Assembly (NCBI GenBank): GCA_052387355.1
Contig: JBQTJG010000332.1
Coordinates: 1,302 to 65,301 of the forward strand
DNA: 64,000 nucleotides
Reading direction: 5' to 3'
DNA from: Armatimonadota bacterium
Lineage (GTDB): Bacteria > Sysuimicrobiota > Sysuimicrobiia > Sysuimicrobiales > Humicultoraceae
In this document: positions 1 through 9,494 of the stretch, one piece after another
Numbering within the stretch: the stretch's first letter is position 1
Layout of the letters: each line of letters starts with the position of its first letter
Notes under the pieces: generated by a model
Told to the model about the DNA's origin: nothing
The model's database searches: none
What the model saw: the letters and a program-made list of their open reading frames with translations, nothing else
Program-made: the position numbers and the translations under genes

Positions 1-2
1 AC

Positions 3-650
3 GGCGCCGGGAAGACGACGTTCTTCCACCTGATGTCCGGTGTGCTGCCACCGACGTCAGGCAGTATCCTGTTGCGCGGCAGGGACATCACGCGCCTACC
101 CGTTGCGCGGCGGGTGGCGCTCGGTCTCAGCCGCTCGTTCCAGATCACGAGCCTGTTTCCAAACCTTTCCATTGCCGACAACGTGCGTTTGGCTGCTCAG
201 GTCCGCGCCGGGCTGGTCTCAATCTGGGGGACGCCTGAAGGAAACCTCGCGGTCGAAGAGCACGTCCGGCGTGTCCTGGACATGGTCGGGCTTTCAGAGT
301 TCTGTGACGCTCAACCGCCTCAGCTCTCCCATGGCGATCAGCGTCACCTCGAGATCGCGTTGGCGCTGGCGTCAAGGCCCGCGCTGCTGCTGCTGGACGA
401 GCCGACGGCCGGCATGAGCTTGGCCGAGACGGTCCACACCGTCGACCTCGTCAGGAGGATCAACCGCGAGCAGGGCGTCACTGTGGTGCTCGTCGAGCAC
501 GACATGTCGGTCATCTTGGAACTTACGCATCGCATTACTGTGCTCGACCGCGGGCGGATCCTGACCGAGGGCACTCCCGCCGAGATTGCCGCTGATCCGA
601 AGGTCCAGGAAGCCTACCTGGGACGCCAGGCACATGCTGCGCGCGCATGA
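3..650 (+). CDS. livG: ABC transporter ATP-binding protein, LivG-like (HAAT family); 5' end cut by window edge
   Basis: The frame is open from base 3. It shows Walker A GAGKTTFFHLMSG, LSHGDQRHLEIALAL and Walker B LLLLDEPTAGM. Stop is TGA at 648-650. Confidence 0.85.
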   Translation, partial: GAGKTTFFHLMSGVLPPTSGSILLRGRDITRLPVARRVALGLSRSFQITSLFPNLSIADNVRLAAQVRAGLVSIWGTPEGNLAVEEHVRRVLDMVGLSEFCDAQPPQLSHGDQRHLEIALALASRPALLLLDEPTAGMSLAETVHTVDLVRRINREQGVTVVLVEHDMSVILELTHRITVLDRGRILTEGTPAEIAADPKVQEAYLGRQAHAARA

Positions 651-1356
651 CGTTCACGCGCTCTATGGCAAGAGCCACGTCCTGCGCGGCGTGACGCTCG
701 AGGTCGGCCGTGGCGAGGTCGTCGCGCTCCTGGGACGCAACGGCGCGGGCAAGTCGACGACACTGAAGGTCCTGATGGGACTCGCGACGGTCAGCGGTGG
801 CCGCATCGCCCTGGGCGACGGCGCCGGGCCGCGCGATATCACGCACCTGCCGCCCTACGGGCGCGCGGCGCTGGGGATCGGCTACGTGCCCGAGGATCGG
901 CGGATTTTTCCGGCGCTTACCGTCGTCGAGAATCTCAGGATCGGCCTGGACCGCACCGTGCGCGCACCGGCGGCGCGTCGCGAGGCCCTTGACCGGATCT
1001 TCGCCTTGTTTCCCGCGTTGGGCGAGAAGCGCGGCGCGCTGGGGCAGTTTCTCTCCGGTGGACAGCAGCAGATGCTCGCGCTCGCCAGGGTCCTCATCAT
1101 GCGGCCACAGATCGTGCTGCTCGACGAGCCGTCGCAGGGCCTCAGCCCGATGCTGGTGCAGTCGATGCTCGAGCGGGTCGTGCAACTGGCGCGCGAGGGG
1201 ATCGGCATCCTGCTCGTGGAGCAAAACGCACTGCTCGCTTTGGACGTCAGCCGGCGCGCGTACATTATGGACAAAGGTACGGTGCGCTATGACGGGGATG
1301 CGCAGGCGCTCCGCCGGGATCCCCAGACGCTTCAGCGGTTGATGGGTGTCTCGTGA
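634..1356 (+). CDS. livF: ABC transporter ATP-binding protein, LivF-like
   Basis: Motifs are Walker A GRNGAGKSTTLK, signature LSGGQQQMLALAR and Walker B VLLDEPSQGL. ATG 634 overlaps the end of the upstream ATPase gene. Confidence 0.85.
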   Translation: MLRAHDVHALYGKSHVLRGVTLEVGRGEVVALLGRNGAGKSTTLKVLMGLATVSGGRIALGDGAGPRDITHLPPYGRAALGIGYVPEDRRIFPALTVVENLRIGLDRTVRAPAARREALDRIFALFPALGEKRGALGQFLSGGQQQMLALARVLIMRPQIVLLDEPSQGLSPMLVQSMLERVVQLAREGIGILLVEQNALLALDVSRRAYIMDKGTVRYDGDAQALRRDPQTLQRLMGVS

Positions 1357-2219
1357 CGCTGGAACTACTGCTGCTGCAGTTGGCGAACGGGCTGTCGTTT
1401 GGCGTCATCTTCGCCCTGATTGCGTCGGGCATCACCCTGATCTGGGGCATCATGGACTTCATCAATGTCGCGCATGGCGACCTGTACATGCTCGGCGCCT
1501 ACGGCGCCTGGCTGGCCCTGGGGTTCGGCATCAGGAGTTTCTGGGCCCTACCAATCCTGGGGGCGCTCGTCGGACTTGGGATTGGCCTGCTCCTGCGCTT
1601 CTCGGCGCTCCTGCCGATCTTCGACCGGCCGCCGCTGCACACTTTGCTGGCGACGTACGGCATCGGCCTCGTACTCCAGCAAGGGGTCCTGGCGACCTTC
1701 GGCCCATTCAGCAAGGAGATTCCCCTCCCCATCACCGGGGCCGTGACGCTTGGCATATTCCGCTACCCGACCTATCGCGTGGTCGTCATCATCGTCGGTC
1801 TGCTCCTGATCCTTGCGGCGTGGCTGTTCATCCAGCGCAGTACATACGGGGTCTGGATTCGGGCCGTCGCACAGGACCGCATGATGGCGGCGGCGCTTGG
1901 TGTGCCGGTGCCCAGGGTCTACACGGTCGTGTTTGCGCTCAGCAGCGCCATGGCCGGGATCGGCGGCGTGTTGGCCGCGCCGCTGTTCGGCATCAACCCG
2001 AACATGGGCGGGGACGTCATCCTGCTGGCGTTCATCGTCGTGACCATCGGCGGCCTGGGCAATTACGTCGGCTCGGTCGTTGGAGGCGTGCTGATCGGTG
2101 AAATTATCGCGCTGGGAGCCATCTGGCTGCGTCCTACCCAGGCCTACCTGCTTGCGCTCGCGTTCCTGCTGGTTCTGCTCCTTGTCCGTCCGGGCGGCCT
2201 GCTGCGAGGAGTACGGTGA
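1353..2219 (+). CDS. livH: Branched-chain-amino-acid-type ABC transporter permease, LivH-like
   Basis: 288-aa polytopic hydrophobic protein. It has a GTGA start/stop overlap with the upstream ATPase gene and the usual position in liv-type operons. Confidence 0.8.
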   Translation: MTLELLLLQLANGLSFGVIFALIASGITLIWGIMDFINVAHGDLYMLGAYGAWLALGFGIRSFWALPILGALVGLGIGLLLRFSALLPIFDRPPLHTLLATYGIGLVLQQGVLATFGPFSKEIPLPITGAVTLGIFRYPTYRVVVIIVGLLLILAAWLFIQRSTYGVWIRAVAQDRMMAAALGVPVPRVYTVVFALSSAMAGIGGVLAAPLFGINPNMGGDVILLAFIVVTIGGLGNYVGSVVGGVLIGEIIALGAIWLRPTQAYLLALAFLLVLLLVRPGGLLRGVR

Positions 2220-3214
2220 GCGCCGGGAACGCGCCCGTTCAGCAACGTCGTGCCCTGAGTCTCCAACGCGTCGCGCCGGCTCTTGTCCTCGTCGTGCTTG
2301 CGCTAGTCCCGCTGCAGGCTGGCCGCTACTTCCTACTGACGGTCACGGCCGCGCTCGCGCTGGGCCTGTTTGCGCTCTCGTATGACCTCGTGCTGGGTGT
2401 GACCGGTCTCATCAGTGTCTCGCACGCCACGCTGTTCGGCGTCGGCGCCTACGGCATGGCCATCGGCCTGTCGAAGCTGGGGCTGGGCTTCTGGCCGGCG
2501 GTGGCCTTCGGGATCGGCGTCACCGCTCTGGTGGCCTGGCTGATCGGATTCTTCTCGGTGCGGACGGCCGGCGCCGGGTTCATCATCATGACGGTCATCT
2601 TCGCTCACGCGTCCGAAGTCGTCGTGAACGTGTGGACATCGGTGACTGGCGGTGAGAACGGCATCATCCTCACCCTGGGGCGCCTCGCCCTGCTGCCGGG
2701 TGTCACGATCCAGGCCACCCCGGGCAGCCGCTCGTTCTATTACGTAGTGCTCGTCTTCCTGATTACGGCATTATGGCTTTGTCGGCGGCTCGTACGGTCA
2801 CCATTCGGCCTGGTCCTGCGTGGAATCAAAGGGAATGAAGTGCGCACCGCGGCACTCGGGTACCGCGTGTCACGCTACAAGATCGTCGTGAATATCGTTG
2901 CGGGCGCCCTCGCCGCCCTCGCGGGCATCCTTTACGCCATCTCGCAGGGCTTTGTCTCGGTCGACCTGGTGCGCGTCCTGCTTTCGGTCGAGGTCATCGT
3001 CTGGACCATCTTGGGTGGGCCGGGCACACTGCTCGGCCCCGTGCTGGCCGCGGTGCTCATGACGCTGCTGGTTGAGTACCTCCGGGGGCTGACGCGCAAC
3101 TACCTGATCGTCGTGGGCCTGGCAACCCTGGCGGTCGTCGTCTTCATTCCCAATGGATTGGGCGGAATGCTGGAGCGCCTGCGCGCCCGGACCGGCGAGG
3201 CGGGCGGCGACTGA
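2216..3214 (+). CDS. livM: Branched-chain-amino-acid-type ABC transporter permease, LivM-like
   Basis: 332-aa polytopic hydrophobic protein. It has a GTGA overlap with the upstream permease gene. Confidence 0.8.
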   Translation: MSAGNAPVQQRRALSLQRVAPALVLVVLALVPLQAGRYFLLTVTAALALGLFALSYDLVLGVTGLISVSHATLFGVGAYGMAIGLSKLGLGFWPAVAFGIGVTALVAWLIGFFSVRTAGAGFIIMTVIFAHASEVVVNVWTSVTGGENGIILTLGRLALLPGVTIQATPGSRSFYYVVLVFLITALWLCRRLVRSPFGLVLRGIKGNEVRTAALGYRVSRYKIVVNIVAGALAALAGILYAISQGFVSVDLVRVLLSVEVIVWTILGGPGTLLGPVLAAVLMTLLVEYLRGLTRNYLIVVGLATLAVVVFIPNGLGGMLERLRARTGEAGGD

Positions 3215-3252
3215 TCGCAGATGGGCAGCGACCGGACCACGGAGGATTGAGC

Positions 3253-5622
3253 ATGACGGCGCCATCGAGTCTGGCTATTTCGAGCCTCCGGCGGCAGGAG
3301 GATCCGCGGCTCCTGAAAGGCCAGGGGACGTATCTCGACGACATCCGTCTGCCCGGCATGCTGCACCTCGCGGTCCTGCGCAGCCCTCACGCCCATGCGG
3401 GCATTCGCGGCCTCAGGGTTGACGCGGCGCGTGCACTGCCGGGCGTCGCCGCGGTGGTCACGGCCGTTGACGTCGAGGGGTTTGGCGAGTTTCCGGTCCT
3501 GTTCCAGCCGCCCGGTCAGCGACAGACAGGCTACCCGATTCTTCCCCGCGGCAAAGTCATCTACGCGGGCGAACCGATCGCCATTGTCGCCGCCGATAAT
3601 CGATACGTCGCCGAGGACGCCGTCGAGTTGATCGAGGTCGATTTTGCTCCGCTGCCGGCAGTCGTCGACGTCGACGAGGCGATGGTCGACGGGGCGCCGC
3701 GCCTGCACGAGGCCTGGCCCGACAACATGGTCGCCTGGCGAGAGATCCGCCGCGGCGATCCTGACGCGGCGTTTGCCGACGCGCACACGGTGGTGGAAGC
3801 GACGTTCGACATCCCGCGCCAGTGCTGCTCCCCGCTGGAAGGGCGCGGGGTGCTGGCGCGCTACGACGCGCCCACCGGTGAGCTCATCATGTGGGTGTCC
3901 AGCCAGGCGCCCCATCAGTACCGGACGATCCTCGCCGAGATGCTCCATCTCGAGGAGCACCGGCTGCGCCTCATCGTGCCGGACGTCGGCGGCGGGTTCG
4001 GGTGCAAGCTGCACTACTATCCCGAAGAGGTCGTCGCATGCATCCTGGCCATGCGCCTGCGCCGCCCCATCAAGTGGATCGAGGATCGGCGCGAGCATCT
4101 GCTGAGCACGGTTCACGCGCGCGAGCAGAGGGTACGCGCCAGGGCCGCGTTCGACCGCGAGGGATGTCTGGTCGGCCTGCAAGCGCACGTCCGCGGCGAC
4201 GCCGGCGCGCATCTGCACACGAAGGGCGCCGCGCCCGTCTTCGTCACCGGGCTGCTGCTGCCGGGCCCCTACGCCGTGCGTCACTACCACGCCCGCGTCG
4301 AGGTCGTCGTCACCAACAAGACGCCATTTGGCGCATACCGAGGGTTCGGCATGCAACAGTCGGCCTTCCTCATCGAGCGTCTCATGGACATGGGCGCGCA
4401 GCGCCTCGGCCTCGACCCGGCCGAGATCCGCATGCGGAACCTCCTCGCGCCGGACGTGTTCCCGTACCGGAGCGCCGGCGGCTTCCTCTATGACAGCGGG
4501 AACTACCCTGAGGCGATGCGCCGGGCACTGGCGCTCGCCGACTATCCGGCGCTGCGCGCGAAGCAGGCCGAGATGCGCGCGGCGGGCCGCCTGGTGGGCA
4601 TCGGGATCGGCGTCTACTTGGAGTTCACGGGCATGGGCCCGTCACACTTGATGGGCGCGATCGGCAATCGCCAGGGTGGCTACGAGACCGTCATCGTGCG
4701 TCTCGACGCGACGGGGCGTGTGACGCTGCTGAGCGGCATCATCGAGATTGGACAGGGCATTCGCGCGTCGCTGGCCGGAATCACCGCGAAGGTACTGAGC
4801 ATCCCGCTCGACCACGTGCGTGTGGTGCTCGGCGACACCGATCTCACGCCGTACAGCAGTTACGGCACCGCCGACTCGCGAGGGTCGGTGGTCGCCGGGA
4901 CGGCCGCCATCGAAGCCTGTCGCCTGCTGCGGAGCAAGATTCTTCGCATGGGCGCGCATATGCTCGAGGCGCGCGAAGAGGACGTTGAGCTGGTCGACGG
5001 TCGCTGTGTCGTGCGCGGCACCCCGGATCGCGCCGTGACAATCGCCCAGGTCGGCCGCGAGGCCTATCGTGGGCAGAGTATCCCCGACCGCACTGACCCG
5101 GGCATGGAGGCCCAATACACGTACCATCCCGACAACTGGGCGTTCCCCTACGGCGTGCACATCGCGATGGTCGAGGTCGATCGCGGCACCGGCGCCGTCG
5201 GCTTCCTCGGCTATTGGATCGTGCACGACTGCGGCAAACTGATCAGCCCAATGCTCGTCGAGGGCCAGATCCACGGCGGCCTCGCGCAGGGTATCGGAGG
5301 ATCGCTATTCGAAGAGTTGATTTACGACAAAGACGGTCAGCTACTCTCGAGCACGCTCATGGATTACCTGCTCCCGAGCGCCTCGGAAATGCCGACTCCT
5401 GTGGTAGGACATATGGAAACGCCGTCGCCGGACAGCCCCGCGGGCATCAAGGGCATGGCGGAGGGTGGAACGATCGGCGCGCCGGGTGCGGTTGTGAATG
5501 CCGTCGCCGACGCGCTTTCCGCGCTAGATCCATCCCTCGGACCAGCGCTCGGATTCTACCCTCTTGGCCCGTCGCGGATACTCGGGATGATCCGCAGACG
5601 TACGGGCCCCCGGGAGTCATAG
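3253..5622 (+). CDS. Xanthine dehydrogenase / aldehyde oxidase family molybdopterin-binding large subunit (CoxL/XdhB-like)
   Basis: N-terminus reads GQGTYLDDIRLPGMLH..LRSPHAHA, with AYRGFG mid-protein and C-terminal IKGMAEGGTIGAPGAV. GGAGGA lies 6 nt upstream of ATG 3253; the track start at 3247 (TTG) has no spacer. Confidence 0.85.
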   Translation: MTAPSSLAISSLRRQEDPRLLKGQGTYLDDIRLPGMLHLAVLRSPHAHAGIRGLRVDAARALPGVAAVVTAVDVEGFGEFPVLFQPPGQRQTGYPILPRGKVIYAGEPIAIVAADNRYVAEDAVELIEVDFAPLPAVVDVDEAMVDGAPRLHEAWPDNMVAWREIRRGDPDAAFADAHTVVEATFDIPRQCCSPLEGRGVLARYDAPTGELIMWVSSQAPHQYRTILAEMLHLEEHRLRLIVPDVGGGFGCKLHYYPEEVVACILAMRLRRPIKWIEDRREHLLSTVHAREQRVRARAAFDREGCLVGLQAHVRGDAGAHLHTKGAAPVFVTGLLLPGPYAVRHYHARVEVVVTNKTPFGAYRGFGMQQSAFLIERLMDMGAQRLGLDPAEIRMRNLLAPDVFPYRSAGGFLYDSGNYPEAMRRALALADYPALRAKQAEMRAAGRLVGIGIGVYLEFTGMGPSHLMGAIGNRQGGYETVIVRLDATGRVTLLSGIIEIGQGIRASLAGITAKVLSIPLDHVRVVLGDTDLTPYSSYGTADSRGSVVAGTAAIEACRLLRSKILRMGAHMLEAREEDVELVDGRCVVRGTPDRAVTIAQVGREAYRGQSIPDRTDPGMEAQYTYHPDNWAFPYGVHIAMVEVDRGTGAVGFLGYWIVHDCGKLISPMLVEGQIHGGLAQGIGGSLFEELIYDKDGQLLSSTLMDYLLPSASEMPTPVVGHMETPSPDSPAGIKGMAEGGTIGAPGAVVNAVADALSALDPSLGPALGFYPLGPSRILGMIRRRTGPRES

Positions 5623-5738
5623 GGATCGGAGTTTCTGAGCCGCCAACGCTACGGCTTTGTCCCTTTCGCTCCCATGTGAGTGATCTTATGCTAGGGAATC
5701 GGCTCCAGACAATTTGTGATTCGATGGGGGGCGCTGGA

Positions 5739-6752
5739 ATGGGTGCTCAGCCACATCGTCATGGCGCGCTGCTGCGCACGCGTGTGTGCGACCTGGTCGG
5801 GATCACGCATCCCGTGGTCCTCGGCGGGATGGCGGGTGGCACAACGCCTGAGCTCGTCGCCGCCGTATCCAACGCCGGCGGGCTTGGCATCATGGGCGTC
5901 AGCTATCGTTCTGCCGACGATATTCGTGCGCAGACCGCGCGCATTCGTGAGTTGACGTCAGCACCCTTTGGGCTAAATCTCCTGCTGTTCGCCGGCGACG
6001 CCGCCGCGCTCGACGCGGTCCTGGCCGAGCGGCCGGCCGTGTTCTCGAGCGCCTGGCCCGCGATCGACCAGCCACTCGAGGAGGTCTTTTCGCGCGCCCA
6101 CGCGGTAGGGTCCCTGGTCATGCACATGGTGTCGCGCGTCGACGAGGCCGTCCGGGCCGCGCGGGCCGGGGCTGACATCATCGTCGCACAAGGCAGTGAG
6201 GGCGGAGGCCATATCGGGGTGATGGCGACGATAGCCGTGGTGCCGCTCGTTGTGGATGCGATGCCCCGGCTGCCGGTGCTCGCCGCCGGCGGGATCGCGG
6301 ACGGTCGCGGACTGGCCGCCGCGCTCTCGCTGGGCGCCGACGGCGTCCTGGTGGGCACGCGGTTCCTGGCCACCCACGAGTCCCCGCTCCATCCGAACTA
6401 CAAGCAGGCGATCCTCGACAGTGACGGGCACGATACTGACGTCACCGAGATTCCCGACCTCATCACCGGCATCGTCTGGCCCGGGGCATTCGCGCGTGCA
6501 CGGCGCAACGCGCTGATGCGAGAGTGGGCCGGTCGGGAGTGGGAACTGCGGCTGCGCCGTCCGGCAGTCTATCAGGCGGCCGTGGCCGCCCGCGCCGCCG
6601 GTGACGTCGATCGGGGCGTGCTGCTGATTGGGCAGGATGCGGGGTTGATCCGCGACATCGCGCCGGCCGGTGAGGTCGTCAGGAGGATCGTGCGAGAGGC
6701 GCACGAGATCGTGTCCGGGCGTCTCGCTCGGCTGGCGGAGCCTCAAGGCTGA
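5739..6752 (+). CDS. Nitronate monooxygenase (2-nitropropane dioxygenase, FMN TIM-barrel) family protein
   Basis: Motifs are ITHPVVLGGMAGGTTPELVAAVSNAGGLGIMG, IVAQGSEGGGH and AAGGIADGRG. The upstream 175 codons of the track ORF overlap the xanthine dehydrogenase gene and look non-coding. The start could also be 5724. Confidence 0.8.
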   Translation: MGAQPHRHGALLRTRVCDLVGITHPVVLGGMAGGTTPELVAAVSNAGGLGIMGVSYRSADDIRAQTARIRELTSAPFGLNLLLFAGDAAALDAVLAERPAVFSSAWPAIDQPLEEVFSRAHAVGSLVMHMVSRVDEAVRAARAGADIIVAQGSEGGGHIGVMATIAVVPLVVDAMPRLPVLAAGGIADGRGLAAALSLGADGVLVGTRFLATHESPLHPNYKQAILDSDGHDTDVTEIPDLITGIVWPGAFARARRNALMREWAGREWELRLRRPAVYQAAVAARAAGDVDRGVLLIGQDAGLIRDIAPAGEVVRRIVREAHEIVSGRLARLAEPQG

Positions 6753-6832
6753 TCGGACCCCTTCGGCAGATACGGCGCGACGCAGGGACTCTTCAGGAAG
6801 GTCCTCCGCAGTCTGGAGAAGGGAGCGTGGCC

Positions 6833-8212
6833 ATGCTCGGTCTTGTGATCAAAGGCGGCACCGTCGTGACCGCGGGCACCATGGCTGAGTGCGATATCGG
6901 AGTGCAGGACGCCAGGATCGTGCAGCTCGCCGAGGGCCTGCACGGCCACCGCGAGATCGACGCCCGGGGCCGGTACGTGTTTCCCGGCGGAGTCGACATG
7001 CATGTCCACCTGAGCCTGCCGCGCGCGCCGAAGCCAGATGATCAGGTCTGGTGCGACGACTTCCACAGCGGGTCGCGAGCGGCGATCGCCGGAGGCGTGA
7101 CGACCGTGGGTAACATGACCTTCCAGCGGGAAGGCGAGACGCTGCACGATGCGATGGCCCGCGACCTCGAGGCTGCGCGGGGAGACGCCGCCGTCGATTA
7201 CGTGCTCCATCCCGTGCTGATGTATCCGACCGACGACGTGATCGCTGAGATCCCGACGCTCGCGGCGGAAGGGCACACCAGCCTCAAGATCTTCATGGTG
7301 CTCGACCACTTCGACGCGCACGTCGACGGCTATCTGCGCGCGATGCGGGCGGCCGCGCAGGCCGGCATGATCACGATGGTGCATTGCGAGGACGGCGCGG
7401 TGATCCGCTGTGTGTGTCGCGAACTGGTGGCGCAGGGGTTGGGGGCGACGCGGCACTATCCCGACAGCCGGCCGGTCTACGCAGAGTCGGCCGCGGTGGA
7501 ACGCGCCGTGGCGTTTTCGCGCGCCACCGGCGCGCCGATCTATGTCGTCCATCTCTCGTCGGCCGAGGCCCTGGACGCCTGCCGGCGCGCGCGCGCCGCA
7601 GGTCTGCCTGTCTACGTGGAGACACGTCCCGTGTATCTGTATCTCACACGCGAGCTGTTCGAGCGACCCGACGGCGCAAAGTATGCCGGCGCTCCGCCCC
7701 TTCGCGAGGCCGCGGACGTGCGCGCGATCTGGCACGGTCTGCGCAACGGCGACATCCAGTGCTTTTGCAGCGACCACGCGCCCTGGACCCTGAAACAAAA
7801 GCTGGATCCGGCGCTCGACGTGTCGACGATTCGGCAGGGCGTCGCCGATCTCGAAACGCTGTTGCCGATGCTCTATTCCGAGGGCGTGCGGGGCAACCGC
7901 GTCTCCCTCAGCCGCTTCGTCGAGCTGACCTCGACGAACGTCGCCAAACTGTTCGGCATGTATCCTCAGAAGGGCACCATCGCCGTGGGGTCAGACGCCG
8001 ATCTGGTCGTGTGGGATCCCCAGGCGCGCCGCACCATCGATGGCGCGACGATGCAGTCGAAGGCCGGGTACTCAGCCTATGATGGCTGGGACGTGCAGGG
8101 CTGGCCGGCTTACACAATCAGCCGCGGCGAGGTCGTGCTCGAGGAAGGACGGATCACGGCGCGGCGGGGACGCGGTCAGTGGGTGCGTAGGGGCCGAACA
8201 GCGATGCTTTGA
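6833..8212 (+). CDS. D-hydantoinase / dihydropyrimidinase family cyclic amidohydrolase
   Basis: N-terminus is LVIKGGTVVT followed by GGVDMHVHL (HxH metal site), with CSDHAPW later. Length is about 459 aa. AAGGGAG SD lies upstream of ATG 6833. Confidence 0.8.
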   Translation: MLGLVIKGGTVVTAGTMAECDIGVQDARIVQLAEGLHGHREIDARGRYVFPGGVDMHVHLSLPRAPKPDDQVWCDDFHSGSRAAIAGGVTTVGNMTFQREGETLHDAMARDLEAARGDAAVDYVLHPVLMYPTDDVIAEIPTLAAEGHTSLKIFMVLDHFDAHVDGYLRAMRAAAQAGMITMVHCEDGAVIRCVCRELVAQGLGATRHYPDSRPVYAESAAVERAVAFSRATGAPIYVVHLSSAEALDACRRARAAGLPVYVETRPVYLYLTRELFERPDGAKYAGAPPLREAADVRAIWHGLRNGDIQCFCSDHAPWTLKQKLDPALDVSTIRQGVADLETLLPMLYSEGVRGNRVSLSRFVELTSTNVAKLFGMYPQKGTIAVGSDADLVVWDPQARRTIDGATMQSKAGYSAYDGWDVQGWPAYTISRGEVVLEEGRITARRGRGQWVRRGRTAML

Positions 8213-8221
8213 CGTCTCGGC

Positions 8222-9331
8222 CTACGACGTCGCGGCGGAGTTCTTGGTGGTAGGTTCGCCTCCGGTCTGGTCTTGAGCAAGGATCTCATTGAGCCGGGCG
8301 AAGGAGCGGCTCCAGGACTCCAGCGCCTGCTTCCCAACCATCTGCCACACCTCGCGATCTTTCTTGGTCCGACCCCGCCGACGCCGCAGCGCTACCCGCG
8401 TGCCGGTGTCCTCGGGGAAGAGCTCGACCGTGAACTCGGTGGCGCCCATGCCGGGCATGGTGAAGCGCGACGTCACGTACTGGAACGGGCGCCAGTCGAG
8501 GATCTCCTCGACGAGCGCGTACTCACCGTGAGCGCAGTGGTTCACCGTGCCCGCGCCACGGCGTCCGCCCGCGGTTTTCTGCTCCAGCCCGGTCATACCG
8601 TCCACCCACTCGAGCCGTTTTGCGGTCGTGTAGTACTCCCACACGACAGGCGGGGCCGCCGGGACATGAAACTCGATCTCGGGCGCAGCATTTTCATGGG
8701 TGACGTAATCGCGACGGGTTGCCTTGGTCTCCTTCCAGCGAACGTCGAGATCGTGCACAAAGGCCACGATGTCACCGATGTGTTCATAGGCTTCTTGATG
8801 CTCGCGCATTCCCAGGGCCGCCGGCTCAACGCTCGCCGCGTTCAGACATTGAGCCGTGAAGAGTCCATAGCCGCGAAGCCCGAAGCGCTCCACGACAGAA
8901 TTCTTCAGTAGCCGGTGGACCAGAATAACGTCGGTGCCGGTCAGCTCGTCTCGGCCCGCGATCTTGTGCCGCGCGAAGGCGCCGTGATGGATGAAGAACT
9001 TGAGATTCAGGGTTGGGATCTGACGGCAGGCGTTGCACTGGCAGGTGGTGAAACGGTGGATCCCGTCGAGGCGGCGTCGAAAGGCGAAATAGCACTCCTC
9101 CACCGTGTCCAGGAGCATCGACCCATCGATCCGGTCAGTCGCGACGTATGCAAACGCCGCGTCGCCCTCGAGTTTGGCCAGGCGGAACATGGGCCGCAGG
9201 TTGCGGATGACGGTCTCGATGAGGTCGGCGAGGACGTCTTGCGCGTGATCCAACTCGCTGCCGGCGAGATAGCCCGTATAGCCGGAGATGTCTGCAACCA
9301 ACAGACACCCCTGCTCGGGTGGATTGAGCAT
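8222..9331 (-). CDS. DUF2652-like (nucleotidyl-cyclase-fold) domain fused to a C-terminal SRPBCC/START-like domain
   Basis: Starts MLNPPEQGCLLVADISGYTGYL, then AKLEGDAAFAYV, which resemble class III cyclase metal-binding segments. The C-terminal ~150 aa look like polyketide-cyclase/SRPBCC proteins. GGGAGG SD precedes ATG 9331. Confidence 0.65.
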   Translation of the reverse strand: MLNPPEQGCLLVADISGYTGYLAGSELDHAQDVLADLIETVIRNLRPMFRLAKLEGDAAFAYVATDRIDGSMLLDTVEECYFAFRRRLDGIHRFTTCQCNACRQIPTLNLKFFIHHGAFARHKIAGRDELTGTDVILVHRLLKNSVVERFGLRGYGLFTAQCLNAASVEPAALGMREHQEAYEHIGDIVAFVHDLDVRWKETKATRRDYVTHENAAPEIEFHVPAAPPVVWEYYTTAKRLEWVDGMTGLEQKTAGGRRGAGTVNHCAHGEYALVEEILDWRPFQYVTSRFTMPGMGATEFTVELFPEDTGTRVALRRRRGRTKKDREVWQMVGKQALESWSRSFARLNEILAQDQTGGEPTTKNSAATS

Positions 9332-9494
9332 CTTGACCTCCCGGCGCGGCTCTCTCATGTGCTTCGCAGGGTGAGGGGCCTGGCCCTGCCGAGATTCCCC
9401 AATGCGCCATTCGCACCGAACACGAAATAGGATGGAGCAAGGTTCCCGGCGAACCCGGCTCTCAGTCTGATTGCTCGGACGAGGTTTTGTGGTT

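Noticed and set aside
3100-4356. Long antisense ORF (418 aa) opposite the first molybdoenzyme gene. Comparable shadow ORFs are 535..1224(-), 13546..14754(+), 15011..16420(+), 21240..22682(-), 31125..32546(-), 33978..35504(+), 45210..46397(-), 46309..47451(-), 48722..50674(+), 58783..59667(-) and 62081..63391(-).
   Set aside because: Every one lies antisense to or out of frame with a gene that has clear family motifs. Their translations are Arg/Pro/Gly/Ala-rich low-complexity strings with no recognisable motifs. Long stop-free shadow frames are expected in very GC-rich DNA.
5214-5738. N-terminal extensions of track ORFs: 5214-5738 ahead of the nitronate monooxygenase, 11390-11872 ahead of the PotC-like permease, 21833-22060 ahead of the MFS transporter, 54686-54808 ahead of HyuA, 16420-16578, 31008-31298 and 44568-44768.
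   Set aside because: The extensions overlap neighbouring genes or are Arg-rich non-homologous sequence. Internal starts with good SD sites coincide with the conserved family N-termini.
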